From Eledone cirrhosa (Eukaryota): a stretch of DNA of 64,000 nucleotides. A program made the position numbers and the translations under genes. Positions 14,257-27,830 of the stretch are shown here, piece by piece. Numbering within the stretch: position 1 is the stretch's first letter; each line of letters starts with the position of its first letter. The DNA lies in contig OZ024753.1 in NCBI GenBank assembly GCA_964016885.1, positions 4,588,001 through 4,652,000 of the forward strand. The letters are read 5' to 3'. Under the pieces are notes generated by a model, which saw only the letters and a list, made by a program, of their open reading frames with translations, searched no databases and had not been told where the DNA came from.

Positions 14257-15627
14257 TACATGTATATATATATATATATATATGTGTGTGTATGTGTGTG
14301 TGTATGTGTGTCTATCTGTATGCATGTGTTTGTATGTGTATGTATTAAATCACCTAATATCTAAAACATTGTATTTCATATAGTTATTTATCAATTATTT
14401 GTATGTACATATTTAAATCTGGCTTTTGAAAGCATATCTAAGATGCAAGAATAACACTAACATATCCGACCTAAAGTTTTTCAAAGTAGATTATAAAATT
14501 ATAAAAATGCACTAATATACTTGTATTTCTCTGCAGACTATACATTTTTGCCTGGCAGCTAAAAATGAGTGTATTTTGAATGAAGTAAAAATATTATCAG
14601 TAAAATTACTTCTTATTCTGTTCTTTGTAATAGTTAGTTTCAAGTACATTTTTTTCTTCATTTCTTGAAGTTTATTCGGATTATCCTCTGGCATTTATAT
14701 TAATATGAATTCTAAGAAATAGATACGCTCACTTTTCAATAGGAGATGACTATATTTATTATTAAAAGTATTAAACCCATACAGTTTTATATTGTAATGA
14801 TGCAACTGAAATCTTCAAACTACATCTAGGTTAACTCAGCCATACGAATGCTAGAAATTCTTATAGCTGTGCACGTGGGAGGAAATTAATTCATAATTAC
14901 AACTTAACCAAAGCGTAATGGAATTGCGGTTTCTCTCAGTTTTACTACAGTGCGATATAATTAAGTCTGGCGTTTAATTTTTTTTATATTTTACTCACTA
15001 ATGTACCAGACTTTTTGTAACAAATATAGCTCTTTTGTGTTTCCCGAATCTTTTCCTTATGCATATGCTTTCGTTTAACATATTATGCATTCTATATCAT
15101 ATGATGGCTATTTTTATCTTACAATAGGAGAGGGCCGGCGGAAAAGCTCAATGGCTGACTATGAAGGATTAAAACTACTGATGTGATATCTTGCATGCAT
15201 ATATCTCAGCTCTTATTAATTGTCTCCTTCCAGGAAAGAGGAAGAGAAATATAAGCCTCATTTAGTCATTCTGTGAGAGTATCTTCGTCAGCCTATGAAC
15301 TTTTCAGCCGACGATTGTAGATGTCACGAAAGAAATGTAGTTTAGTAAAGGTTGTTTGATGAAGTATAGATCAATCTGGAAATGACAGTGGTAATAGAAG
15401 CTGTGCAGAACACACAAGATGTACAGCAAGGGTTGCAAAACAAGTGGATACTTCACTTGTGTAACAATGACAAACCAGTTATCGTGGCTGAATGTAAACC
15501 GTCAGACGGGTTGAAATTGTGATCATTTCTGAGTTTCTCCCTCATACGCTTCTTCCACTTTTATTAGAAATTCTCGACCCCCAGGCCATACTGAATATCT
15601 GTACATAACAGTAGGGTTAGGTTAAAT

Positions 15628-15780
15628 ATGATTTCTAGTTTAGGCACAAGATCAGTAGTTAGTGGGGAGAGTAGTGATCCGAATGGATCATTTGCAAAGT
15701 TGATAACGGCAGGATTTGAATTTAAAACGTTCAGAGCCAGAGCAAATATTGCCAAGCATTTTTTCCGATATTCTAATGTT
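15628..15780 (-). mobile_element. Degenerate tRNA-derived SINE
   Basis: TTTCTAGTTTAGGCACAAG and GGCAGGATTTGAA...AAGCAT segments match the main SINE family. Confidence 0.55.
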
Positions 15781-16856
15781 ACATTAATATTAAATTTAGC
15801 ACTCGATCCCATTTTCACCTTTTTGCTCTAACTTGAGAACAAACTAAATATTAATAGCAACTTCTCACTTTACAACGAAGTATTCATTCCGATTTATCAA
15901 TATATCTTCTGGCTCGCAAGCTAATTTATTTCCAGCTATCAGTAGAATCCCAGTAAAAGATATCTTCTGCATCGCAAATGATGACATAACATATCTCCTC
16001 GGTGAAGGGACATTTCCAGTGATTAGTCTTTCTTCTTCCTCAAGGCTCACAGCAGGAATTTTATCCTGCTATTTAACTGATTCAGAGTTGGTCAACGGAT
16101 TGCGATATCATATTACCAAGGGACGGAATAGGTTTTGAATTAATCATTTCCAGAATGTTTGTATACATTGAATTAGTTGTAACAAATGTCGAGCTTCACT
16201 ACAAAAATAGACATACAATTTGTTTAAATTCTAAATAGATTCAACTTTCAAGAACATGAGAAAATTTACTAAATGTATATTGGAAACAACTAATACAAAA
16301 TTAAATGTATTGATGAAAACAATAACGTGATCATCTTATTAAATCAGTGTATCTTTAGCAAAATAACACTTTACGAAAATAGATTGTCTTCCATCATTCT
16401 ACGTCAGATCGATGATTATTACCGGCTCATAAAATTGTCTGATTCTAGTGGTGGGAATACGTAACGATAGCTAAAGATGTGTGTAATTCTAAGAAGAAAA
16501 ACAAAGGTTACTGTGTTGGGATCCGTTTTAGATTTACAAATCCAGGTGGCACGTGAAGGAGTAGAAGAAACATTTTGTCTTCATTTAGGATATAGTATGA
16601 TTTTGATCATCATTTGTGAAGTTTATAGAAAATGGTTACAAATTATAGAAAAGCATTTCAAAACGTAGTTTCTTTTTAATGCATATTTCATATTTCAATG
16701 TTTGATGGTGATAAATATTACATCTATATGAGATTTTAAATTTGACAACTATATTGATATTTAGACTGCCTTAGGTCATTCTGTTTGTGACATGCAAACA
16801 ATTGACTTCATTATGCTGGCCTTGTGCCTATATCAGAAATCATTATTATTATTATT

Positions 16857-17250
16857 GATCTTGGAGTCTCAGTCATTGATGTTATTTAACTGGAAAGTTT
16901 GTTGAAATGAATATCAAGCCGCTACCTGCAGCCTCAGATATTCAGGACGTATCGGAGGGTTCTTGCTGTTCCCAGCAAGCATGCCTTTTGAAGTGTTCCA
17001 AAAAGCGGAGCTGGACTAATTTTCTTTAACCATGCTTGGAAACTCTTTGAGATAGTACCTAGCACGCCTATGACAATCAGGACGACTCTGACTTCATGGC
17101 AGTTCCAAATCCTTTTCACCTCCTACTTTAAGTCCTGGTATCGGTTAATTTTCTCACTCTCCCTTTCTTGCACTCTCGTGTCAAATAGGCAGGCTACATC
17201 TACAAACAGGCATGATCTGTTTTCCTTGTCCAAAACCACCAGGTCAGGCC
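16857..17250 (-). mobile_element. R4/Dong-clade element, 3' fragment (RLE domain and 3' UTR)
   Basis: Encodes RPDLVVLDKENRSCLFVDVAC...LQKACLLGTARTLRYVLNI. Near-identical to 6095-6485, with the 3' end in the (ATT)n tail of a SINE remnant (16814-16856). Confidence 0.9.
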
Positions 17251-18185
17251 TGACAGTAGGGAGCCAATGCTCAGAATTGTACTGAAGGAGAGGACAATAG
17301 ACCAGGGGATGTCCAAGGAGGAAATGACAGCAAGGAGGAAGAGCAACCTTCATGAAAAATCCCTTCATAGTACCTTCTTTCAGAAAACTGAATTTAGAGA
17401 TCCACAGACATGGAACTGGTTAAAAAGAGCAGACCTTAAAAAGGCTACAGAAGGAATGCTAATGGCTGCGCAAGAGCAGGCCCTCAGAACGAAGTGGCTT
17501 AAACATCATATTTACAAGAAGGACGCTAGCCCACTGTGTAAGATATGTGGAGAGCGAGAGGAGACTGTGGCTCACATTGTATCCGAGTGTAAACACCTAG
17601 CCCAGACTCACTATACAGGCTGAAGACATGATGTGATGGGCAAGGTGATCCACTGGCACCTATGCAAAGTAAACAATTTACCACATTCTGAGAAGTGGTA
17701 TGAGCATAAGCCAGAGTCGGTGATAGAAAACGATCAGGTGAAGGAGCTGTGGGATTTTAGGATACAGACAGACAAGAAACTGGAACACAATAGACCTGAC
17801 GTGGTGGTTTTGGACAAGGAAAAAAGATCGTGCCTGATTGTGGATGTGGCCTGCACATTCGACACGAGAGTGCAAAAGAAGGAGAGGAAGAAAATTACCC
17901 GATACCAGGACTTAAAGTGGGAGGTAAAAAGGATTTGGAACTGCCATGAAGTCAAAGTCGTCCCGATTGTCATAGGCGCACTAGGTACTATCTCAAAGAG
18001 TTTCCAAGGATGGTTAAAGAAAATTGGTCCCGCCCCGCTTTTTGGAACAATTCAAAAGGCATGCTTGCTGGGAACAGCAAGAACCCTCCGATACGTCCTG
18101 AATATCTGAGGCTGCAGGTAGTGGCTTGATATTCATTTCAACAAACTTTCCAGTTAAATAACATCAATGACTGAGACTCAAAGAA
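17250..18185 (+). mobile_element. R4/Dong-clade element, 5'-truncated (CCHC + RLE + 3' UTR)
   Basis: ORFs 17267-17623 and 17633-18109 encode TEGMLMAAQEQAL, CKICGEREETVAHIVSEC, LWDFRIQTD and RPDVVVLDK...IVDVAC...KITRYQDL. One internal stop; (AAT)n tail at 18186-18240. Confidence 0.92.
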
Positions 18186-18186
18186 C

Positions 18187-18240
<54 letters not shown>

Positions 18241-18241
<1 letters not shown>

Positions 18242-18314
18242 CAGGATCTGTGGAGAGAGGAGACTGTGGCTCACATTGTATCCGAGTGTAAACATCTAGC
18301 CCAGACTCACTATA
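18241..18314 (+). mobile_element. Extra short R4/Dong fragment (zinc-knuckle region)
   Basis: Repeats about 17540-17614 (GAGACTGTGGCTCACATTGTATCCGAGTGTAAACA..TAGCCCAGACTCACTATA). Confidence 0.75.
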
Positions 18315-18434
18315 TTGTCCTGTACTGTCCTTAATATCTACGTTGTGTAAACCCTTGTGGTTAATAAAGAAAGCATTATTATTATTATTATTATTATTAT
18401 TAAATTATTAATATTATTATTATTATTATTACTG

Positions 18435-18479
<45 letters not shown>

Positions 18480-19217
18480 TTTATTACTGTTTTTCCTTTT
18501 CCTTCAGTATTGTTTCTGATATATGCTGAGTGACTTCCTGACAGCTATGGCAGATAAATTCACTGTATACTTTGGAAAGCCAGTTAACATACCACATTGA
18601 TTATAATTTACAGTCTAAAACAAATGATGAGGAATATGCAGAGTTGCATTTTATAGAGATGAGACCTAGATTAGTAACTTATATGGTGATTATTATGGCA
18701 AATCATATTATTATAATTACTTTAATTACGATTATTCTTAAATTCGTTAATTCCAATGATGCAGAATACTAATTAGCTGGATATATGCTATATAATATTA
18801 GTGTTTTTAATATTTTTCTTGTGGCGGATTTCTTATGTATTTTGTTAGTATAAAATTTGACCGTGCATTTATTGTTTAAAACTCATTTTCGTACGATAAT
18901 TATACATACTGTTTTTTCCTTTACTTTCCTATACAGCCAGATCTGCCCTTCTTTTTCTGTCCACTTCTATTTCATTACTTAATTTTGATTTTTTTTTTTT
19001 TTCATATTTCTATCATTAAATAACTTCTGTTTGTAAAACATAGTTGATATAATAAAATTATAGGAATATTCAAAGAATCACCCCCACTGCTTTATACATT
19101 ATTATAAAGAGATGTGCATCCATTTTAATATCATCTGTCTAATTGTTCGACACAATTGATTCTCTTTTGAAAGAGAATAATGACAAAACATATTCATCAT
19201 TCTGATTCAATTAAGTG

Positions 19218-19289
<72 letters not shown>

Positions 19290-19323
19290 GGTGTGTGTGT
19301 GAGTGTGCGTGTGTGTATATATA

Positions 19324-19385
<62 letters not shown>

Positions 19386-19528
19386 CATATATGTATATAT
19401 AGATACACACACAAACTTATATATACATACATACATACACACACTCATGTATACGTGTGTCAGAGAGCGGGTGTGTAAATATGTATACAAGGTTTTCAAT
19501 TCTTCTTAGGACATTTTCATTAATTTAT

Positions 19529-19820
19529 TCAAAGACGTATAGGACATGATAACAGAGGTTTATAAGAAAGGTGGTTGACATAAATAATCTTGAGCGTAAT
19601 TTGACGTATGTACTTAATGTTTTGACTATTAGAATGGATGACTTCTTCAACACGAGTTCTCAAACGTTGACACACACATGTCAGGTGATCTTTATCTATT
19701 TTTGAAATGCAATATTTGTGGCAGACTTCAAGGATTTTAGTGTTATGGGTGTTTTGATTGACATCGCTCACGTCTACACCTCATACGTAGTAGCCCAGGT
19801 CTGGAGAGTTAGGAAGCGAT
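19529..19820 (-). pseudogene. Tc1/mariner (maT/DD37D-like) transposase C-terminal relic
   Basis: In frame it reads LPNSPDLGYYV*GVDVSDVNQNTHNT...CVCQRLRTRVEEVIHSNSQNI, which resembles WPPNSPDLNPLDYYVWG...AC..F..RL..VI...G..IE. Confidence 0.7.
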
Positions 19821-19878
19821 ATGTTTGAGATGTGATCATCTTGGACATTCAATCTCAACCATTATAATTGTCAACTGT

Positions 19879-20066
19879 CGGTTGGTGGATTGGCAGTATC
19901 GGTAGAGAGTCTGACGTCATGCTTTGCACCAAAGAGTTACGGGCCTTTATGGTCTGAGTTCAAATCCTGCCGATGTCAACTTTGCCTTTCATCCTTACGG
20001 GGTCGATAAAATAAAGCACCAGTAGTGTACTGATTAATTGCTGGCCTTGTGCCAAAAGTAGAAACA
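19879..20066 (+). mobile_element. tRNA-derived SINE with 18-bp TSD
   Basis: Full-length family member with TSD ATTATAATTGTCA(A/G)CTGT at 19861-19878 and 20067-20084. Confidence 0.9.
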
Positions 20067-20746
20067 ATTATAATTGTCAGCTGTATTTCCAATGCTCTGA
20101 AGAAGGCTAAGAGAAGTCATAGCATTTCCCTGGATATTCACGATTCTAGAACAAACCGACTAAATCAGTGGATTGGGCTGAATCGCTGGACACCATTGTA
20201 ATATCGAAATTATTAGGCCTATTATTACATATATATATGTGTGTGTGTGTGTGTGTAAACATATATATTTGTGTGTGTGTGTGTGTTTTCTTTTTTTATT
20301 ACTAGGCAAATTTGAAACTAATGTTGCCATCATATAGGTGTATGCGGTTTTTGAGTTGACGGAATAAGGGTCGTATATAAGATATTAACGTATATTGTCC
20401 AGTGTTTCTATCCAAATACTTTTATCAAGCATCAATAAGCACTCGTAAAGCTAAACATACTCGAATTAAGTAATGTGCAATATTGAATGCGTAATATATA
20501 AGATATGTGGCATATGCAAGAGCAGTTCCAGGTTAGATTGTATAGCACGTGGATGTTACCTTAGTGGTTGGCGCAATATAAGTGTTACATCTTCTATCAA
20601 TTACAGCAATTGAAATTTATGCGTTTAACATCTTATCAGATTTATGTATATTACAGACGCAGTACTTATTAAACAAGACAGTGAATTTCCAAATTCTTTA
20701 CAACGGCCATATTAGTTATATAGATTCACTCACGCACAAACTTTCT

Positions 20747-20830
<84 letters not shown>

Positions 20831-20860
20831 AGATCAAAAGATGGTTAAAGGAGTTCCATG

Positions 20861-20931
20861 TATTTTATTATGCGCATTTCAAAAACAAACATCATCATGC
20901 AATAATATTTGTGTTTTCATCAGATAAAACA
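20861..20931 (-). ncRNA. Type I hammerhead ribozyme motif
   Basis: Exact mirror copy of 21157-21227. Confidence 0.8.
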
Positions 20932-21156
20932 GGAGAACATGATATGAAGGCTAAAAAACACTTGTGGATAGTGCAGTTTTAAATCAACATATGAAAAGTG
21001 GTTTTAGATTGATGTGTGATATTGGGAAAAATATTTTATTTAGTCTAAATAAAATATTTTTCCCAATATCACACATCAATCTAAAACCACTTTTCATATG
21101 TTGATTTAAAACTGCACTATCCACAAGTGTTTTTTAGCCTTCATATCATGTTCTCC

Positions 21157-21227
21157 TGTTTTATCTGATGAAAACACAAATATTATTGCATGATGATGTT
21201 TGTTTTTGAAATGCGCATAATAAAATA
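21157..21227 (+). ncRNA. Type I hammerhead ribozyme motif
   Basis: TGTTTTAT-CTGATGA(21165)-AAACACAAATAT...ATGTTTGTTTTT-GAAA(21208)-TGCGCA-TA-ATAAAATA. Confidence 0.85.
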
Positions 21228-21348
21228 CATGGAACTCCTTTAACCATCTTTTGATCTTATATTATGTATACTCCAGTCCTACAAACTGTAGAGTGCTTCT
21301 TATCCGATATCTGCATTGCTTTATTGTACTACAATAAAACTCACCTCC

Positions 21349-21391
<43 letters not shown>

Positions 21392-21483
21392 TTCTCTCTC
21401 CCTCTCTATCTCTCTCTGTCTATCTATCTATCTATCTCTTACTCGCTCTCTCTCCTACTTTTCTTTCTCTGGCGCTTACTTGT

Positions 21484-21520
<37 letters not shown>

Positions 21521-22831
21521 CTATCTCTCTCTCTCTCGCTCTTTCTCTTACTTGCTCTTTCTATGTCTTACTTGCTCTATCTCTCTATCTCTCCATTTTA
21601 CTCATGTTTTCCTCACCTATGTTTAGTGTAGATGTATTTCAAAGTACAAACCATATCAAAATAACGTCAAGCTGATACGCTAGGGGGGGGGGGGGGTACG
21701 TTAAAGATGCACGTGTCTGTGAAATATTCAGTCGATTACACGTTAATTTCATGGGTTGATCAGCACATATATCACCCGTTGATTAAGCTGCAGAGCCACT
21801 CACGTCTCAACAGACAAATGTACGGTTTAAATTACGATTCCGTGTATCCTACATATTTTATAAGTTTTTCAATACGTCATAAGGTTTGAGATTTTTTTTG
21901 TTTTTGTTTTTAAACATGTTTTATACATATTTATTATCTCTCAACACACCACATGTAAAAGTTTCTAGTGTCGAAATATTACATCAATTTCAGTTTCACC
22001 AGCTTTGTGTTGTTAATTTTATTTTATTCCTCTCTTGATGTCTATACTGAAATAACAATGCAACAATTAAACTACAAGTTCTCTTATTTTTATGAGAGTC
22101 AATTTTTCCTTGAGGAACCACATTCTAGTACAAAATCTCGGATATACTACAGTGTAGTTTTCGGATCTCTGCATTGGAATATTTCCATGTATCCAATTAT
22201 AAAATCACACATGACAATTCGATTATATGATTATATTTCCTTTCTTTTTTACTATTTAAATGTATTCCTGATATGTTGGCTAGTACAAAATATGTGTTTG
22301 TTTAGTGAAAGAAGAATTTGAATTGAATTCCCTTAAAATGACGGATTTGTTTATTTTCATTTCAATCAGTTTTCTCGAACTTGCATACAATTTTCTCAAA
22401 AAGCAATTACAAATCATTAATTCAGGGACTGTATCTTTCAAGGGAAATGTATTTAAATATATAGATATACATGTGAGTAACTATTAACAGTAAGAATGTA
22501 TGTACGGTTTTATAAAACCTTGAGAGAGGGCTTCCCATATGGCAGTAAGACAAAATGTGCTTTTTACGGACTATGATTACATGATATATATTCAGCTATT
22601 CTGATTGGGTAGATGTATATACGGCAATTCAATACAAAACCTTGTTCACATATATGAACTTGCAGTGATTCGGTATGTATGTTAATTTTTCTACTTATCC
22701 CATATTCTTATGAAGAATTCGTCTCCTGATGATAACACACCAGTTCCTTCAGCATTGGTTCTTCGAATGTCGTGAAATTTGAGTTGTCGAAACCATGGAT
22801 TTCTTTAGCCAAATTGACTTATATTCCCCTC

Positions 22832-22888
<57 letters not shown>

Positions 22889-22937
22889 GTTATTCCGGGT
22901 TGAATCGGAGGTAACCACATATATATATATATATCAC

Positions 22938-22971
<34 letters not shown>

Positions 22972-22976
22972 ATATA

Positions 22977-23193
<217 letters not shown>

Positions 23194-23198
23194 ATATA

Positions 23199-23325
23199 GG
23201 AAAAGAGTCAAGAATCCGACGGCTGAGCTCCGACCGATTCAACAGCTAGATCCGAACTAACCCACACCAGTATCGAGTAATCTGGTGCGTTATGGTCCAT
23301 CTGATTTCTTACCACACATTCTTTG

Positions 23326-23328
<3 letters not shown>
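23199..23328. mobile_element. Rearranged fragment of the 63022-63472 family in (TA)n
   Basis: Shares GGAAAA..TCAAGA..CCGACGGCTGAGCTC and CTGGTGCGTTATGGTCCA..TTCTTACCACAC..CTTTGTTA with the 63-kb locus. Confidence 0.7.
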
Positions 23329-23391
<63 letters not shown>

Positions 23392-23475
23392 CGTTATTCC
23401 GGGTTGAATCGGAGGTAACCACAGTAAGTAAGGTACTCAATACATTGCAGAGTATAAAAGTTTTAATATAGATGA

Positions 23476-23524
23476 GATTCTACAGGACTAGAACTGTTTC
23501 ATTCTTTAGAAATCATCAGGAATC
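23476..23524 (-). ncRNA. Type I hammerhead ribozyme motif (5-bp stem I)
   Basis: Mirror of 23544-23592: GATTC-CTGATGA-TTTCTAAAGAAT-GAAA-CAG..CTG-TA-GAATC. Confidence 0.75.
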
Positions 23525-23540
23525 ATATATATCACAATTT

Positions 23541-23595
23541 TGAGATTCCTGATGATTTCTAAAGAATGAAACAGTTCTAGTCCTGTAGAATCTCA
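23541..23595 (+). ncRNA. Type I hammerhead ribozyme motif with true stem III
   Basis: TGAGATTC-CTGATGA(23549)-T TTC taaa GAA T-GAAA(23568)-CAG ttctagtc CTG-TA-GAATCTCA. It has an 8-bp perfect stem I and a GUA triplet. Confidence 0.88.
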
Positions 23596-23605
23596 TCTAT
23601 ATTAA

Positions 23606-23695
<90 letters not shown>

Positions 23696-24849
23696 CTTTG
23701 TATATTTGTTAGTGTAAACAAACCATACAGATACAGGACGAAATAATAAATAGTACTATGTGACTTCACTAGAGTATTAAAATATATGTTTAAGTTTTAC
23801 ACGAACCATCTTAATACCTGTTTCATAAATTTCAACATATGAAAATATGAGTACCTATTTACAACTCAAAATGCACTTACACATACTTATGTCTTTGTAC
23901 ATCCGTTTTAATATGTAGTTTTGTCAATTTGAGTGTGCCTATGTACTATCAGTATATTAAAGTAAAGGAATCTCTACCGTGGGAAATTGATGCTATATCT
24001 TTTATTGTATTTATTAGACAATTCAATTTCTAGATTCTCCTTCACATTCTCAAAGGCATTTCACTTGAAGTTATATTATTAGTTTAATTCATTTTATACA
24101 TAAAGGAAAAAGTATTCACACAAGCACACTCTCACAGTCAGACAGACACACAGACAAGCACACCTGTATACACTGCACACATGCACTGCATACAAACACT
24201 CACACGCCGCACACATATATGTATACGTGTATATATATATATATATATAGATAGATATATATATATATGTATATGTATGTATGTATGTATATATGTATGT
24301 ATATATGCACACACACACTATTATATTATATAAATATTTGTGTGTGTGTGTTGGTGTCTACGTGTGGGTGTGTTGCTTAGTGTCTATATTTCTATGCTTG
24401 TCTGATTGTTACAATGTATGTATATTAGATTTAATATTTCATCTGAACTATATTTTCTGTTTGACTAAACTCACATCTACACAAACTAGTTCTTTATATT
24501 CACTTAAGAGAACTTGCCATAAATCATTATTTCAATATCAACACAATACAGGAAATGCAACGCTAGAGACGCGAGATTTGCGAATAGCCCATTACAAACA
24601 TAATATTTAATTCCATTTCTTAAATTCTAACACTTATATATTTTCAATGACGTTGCTAACTGATAGCACCAGATCTATTCTATCTCAGACATTAAAGTTT
24701 ATTTTCTATGTTGAATAAATATGTTGATGTTCTTTCGTTGTTCTTTACTTGTTTGATCCAAGACGAATCCTCAAATATCTCAAAAAAGAGTAGCTGAGCA
24801 GATATTACATAAAAAAACAATCAACAGGTGACCCAACAGTATATCCTGA

Positions 24850-24984
24850 GCAAGACGGCTGGATAACTCCATGAGCTCAGCTTGTTTTGTTTGGAGATCC
24901 AGCCAGATAAATAGGAGGGAGTCTTTGGACGGGACCAGATGGTAGGCGTACTTGAAAATGTTGCCTCCACGACCCAACGCTGAG

Positions 24985-25041
<57 letters not shown>

Positions 25042-25146
25042 AAGAAGAAGAAGAAGAAGAAGAAGAAGAAGAAGAAGAAGAAGAAGAAGAAGAAGAAGAA
25101 GAAGAAGAAGAAGAAGAAGAAGAAGAAGAAGAAGAAGAAGAAGAAG
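24850..25146 (+). mobile_element. Probable LINE 3' end followed by a (TAG)n(AAG)n tail
   Basis: A DGTRW*...LPPRP-like coding remnant lies directly before the trinucleotide tail. Confidence 0.35.
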
Positions 25147-25904
25147 ATTGAAAACATTGGATGAGTCAAAAACTGAATGAAGTTAATATCCCATATAAAT
25201 TTCAAAATCCATACAAGTTGAGAATGTTGAACATTTGTATAAACTAGTTAGACTAAAAAATATTCCTCTTCATGTCATATAACAGAACTAAATAGCTCAA
25301 ACTGGATTAATCCGTTCTTTGGAAGTATCTTCGGACACTAATCCAGAACACAAAATCTTGTAAATTTTTAACGTTAATATAAAGTTTCTTTACAAAGGAT
25401 CTGATTTGTAAAGACATTTTCCAAAAGCAGTATAGCCATCCAAGAACTGATGTACTGGAGTTGCTAAAAACAAATTTTCTTTAACCTTTAAATGCGCTTT
25501 GAATTGTAGACATAATTTTCTTTAAGAATAAACCTTCGCAATATCTAAAATTTCTATATATAGTGATGTGACTTCACTGTAAATAAATATTTTCGAGAAC
25601 GATACAAAATAAGTCAATAAGTAAATAAGAAGTGATATTTTATTACATATTCATAATATATATTGATATTATATATTGATAATAAATAATGTAATTTATA
25701 TGACTAAATCATTCTTGCAAATAAATATATAACCTATTCTCAAATGTAATATCCAGTTGTGAAACATTTTATTTTTATCAATATACAAACAGAAAATGAT
25801 TTAGTGTAACCATGCCTGTAATCCATATCAGTATATGAGCAAATGTGTGGACCAATATGTAAATATGTATATAGTTCATTAAATGACAAGACAAATACAA
25901 GGAT

Positions 25905-26140
<236 letters not shown>

Positions 26141-27199
26141 TCTATCTGGAGTTGCGACCGATAGATAGTATTTGTAATTGTAAAGACCAATGGAGGCATA
26201 GTTTCCTCAGTCCGATTTGACGAAAATCGATCTACTGTTATTATATATATATATCTACATATTTTTTGTTCGCGCATGTGAAAGTCTGTGTCTCTGTATA
26301 TGTGTATGTGTGTGTGCATGCATGGATATTGTATAAATTGGTCTGTCACATCCATTGACAACCATGACACAATACTTATTCTGACATATATTTGCTAAAT
26401 TTATTATCTATAGGTGTAGTATAATCGTTAATAATGTGTAAGTGTCGCCTAGTTATCTGTTCCTATAAGCACAGAAGTAGCTATGTAGTGTGTAAAGAAT
26501 ATAGGTATACATTTCACAAACATCACTCTTAATGCATTCAGGCAGAACATTTGAAATGTTTACATGGAAACGCTTGTTTAAGATATGAAACAGAACTAAC
26601 TCAAATGTCCATCTATGCAAGACGATGTCATTGAAGTGGAGCCAGTTATGACATACACACAAGATTCAGATTTGTTGGAAGGTAAAAGGCCAGCGTTAGC
26701 ATTCAGAAAAGTGTAATTTACAAGGACATAAATCCAGATGTATCAAAGAACAAAGATCCCAAATCACATTACTGAACAAATAATGGACAGCAAATTTCCA
26801 ACTTAAAAGAAAAGATCCCTAGAAACAGAGACTAAATCATGTCATTTCCCATAAAGCGGGGTAAGAGCGGGGAAATCGTAAAATCGTTATCAATATGTTA
26901 TAACTTTGAAACACAATCAGCTAGAGTACATTACAACATAGGGTCACTGCACCATGAAAATAGTTCACTGACTCTATAACCATCAAATGAAATTTTCAAT
27001 GATCTAATAAAAGGTGTTTTCACTTCCCCACATGAAAATATTGCAGCCAGTTCAATTAACTAACTTTACAACCCTACATAAAGAGGGGCTAATTCTCGAT
27101 TGCATTAACTAGGAAGCTGTAATGTCAGCTAAATTAAATGGGCTGAATGTCAATTTTTCTCTTGAAAACATGCAAAATCTTTAGCAAAGCTAATTTAGA

Positions 27200-27830
27200 T
27201 ACGTTTCAAAACGTCCTTGATTCTCTCAAAAGTTGAAATTTGAGCATAATACGTCCTATCCACGAGATAGAGATTAGTGTAGAGTCTAAGTTACTGGCAG
27301 ATGACATAGCAAAAATATCATTAAAAAAATATCAAAGGAAAACTGAAAACCTGTGACTTGCTACGTGAAACCCTGTGACTTGCTACGTGAAGTTCATTAT
27401 AGTTTCGCTCTAGTTAAGGCTTCAGCAAACACAGTCACACCTAGATAATTAAATAATAATACCAACATTACCATGCGGACTTGGCATACCCAACGATTTT
27501 GAAAGTTTTCGACCGAATTGATCATGTAATTATATGTTATAACCTATGCGATTTTGGGCAGTTGAAGCTGGTAGATTGGCTACATCATTTGTTAAAAGAT
27601 AGAAGAGACGTTTTACCTTTCAGCAACGTTCATTCGGAGAAAACAACTATTCTGATTCAAACGTTTACGCCTTTCCTGTTTGAAGTAGCATTCTCAGACC
27701 TAAGGACTCGTTATATGACAATTTACTTTGATGTTGCCAAAACGTCGACTGCAATCAAATATAATCAGATTATAGAAAAGAAACTCCACTAAACCTTCAA
27801 TGGAATATACAACTGAGCTAAAGTAATTTA
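27200..27830 (+). pseudogene. Highly degenerate CR1-like LINE reverse transcriptase
   Basis: ORF 27481-27792 (LKVFDRIDHVIICYNL..FG.LKLVDWLHHLLKDR...PFLF...SD) resembles DF.KAFD.VDH...WL..FL..R...PLLF. Boundaries are approximate. Confidence 0.55.

Larger units (their letters stand above)
20823..21265. mobile_element. Apparently perfect 221-bp-arm palindrome of a hammerhead-bearing pLTR-like element
   Basis: The arms mirror about position 21044 (1-nt spacer), and the left arm abuts (TA)n. Confidence 0.85.
23390..23609. mobile_element. Fold-back hammerhead-bearing element in (TA)n
   Basis: Inverted arms at 23459-23524 and 23544-23609 with a 19-nt spacer. Its terminus also occurs at 22887-22919. 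Confidence 0.8.

Noticed and set aside
27348-27391. Two tandem copies of a ~22-bp unit
   Set aside because: A simple local duplication within a LINE relic with no spacers; not CRISPR.
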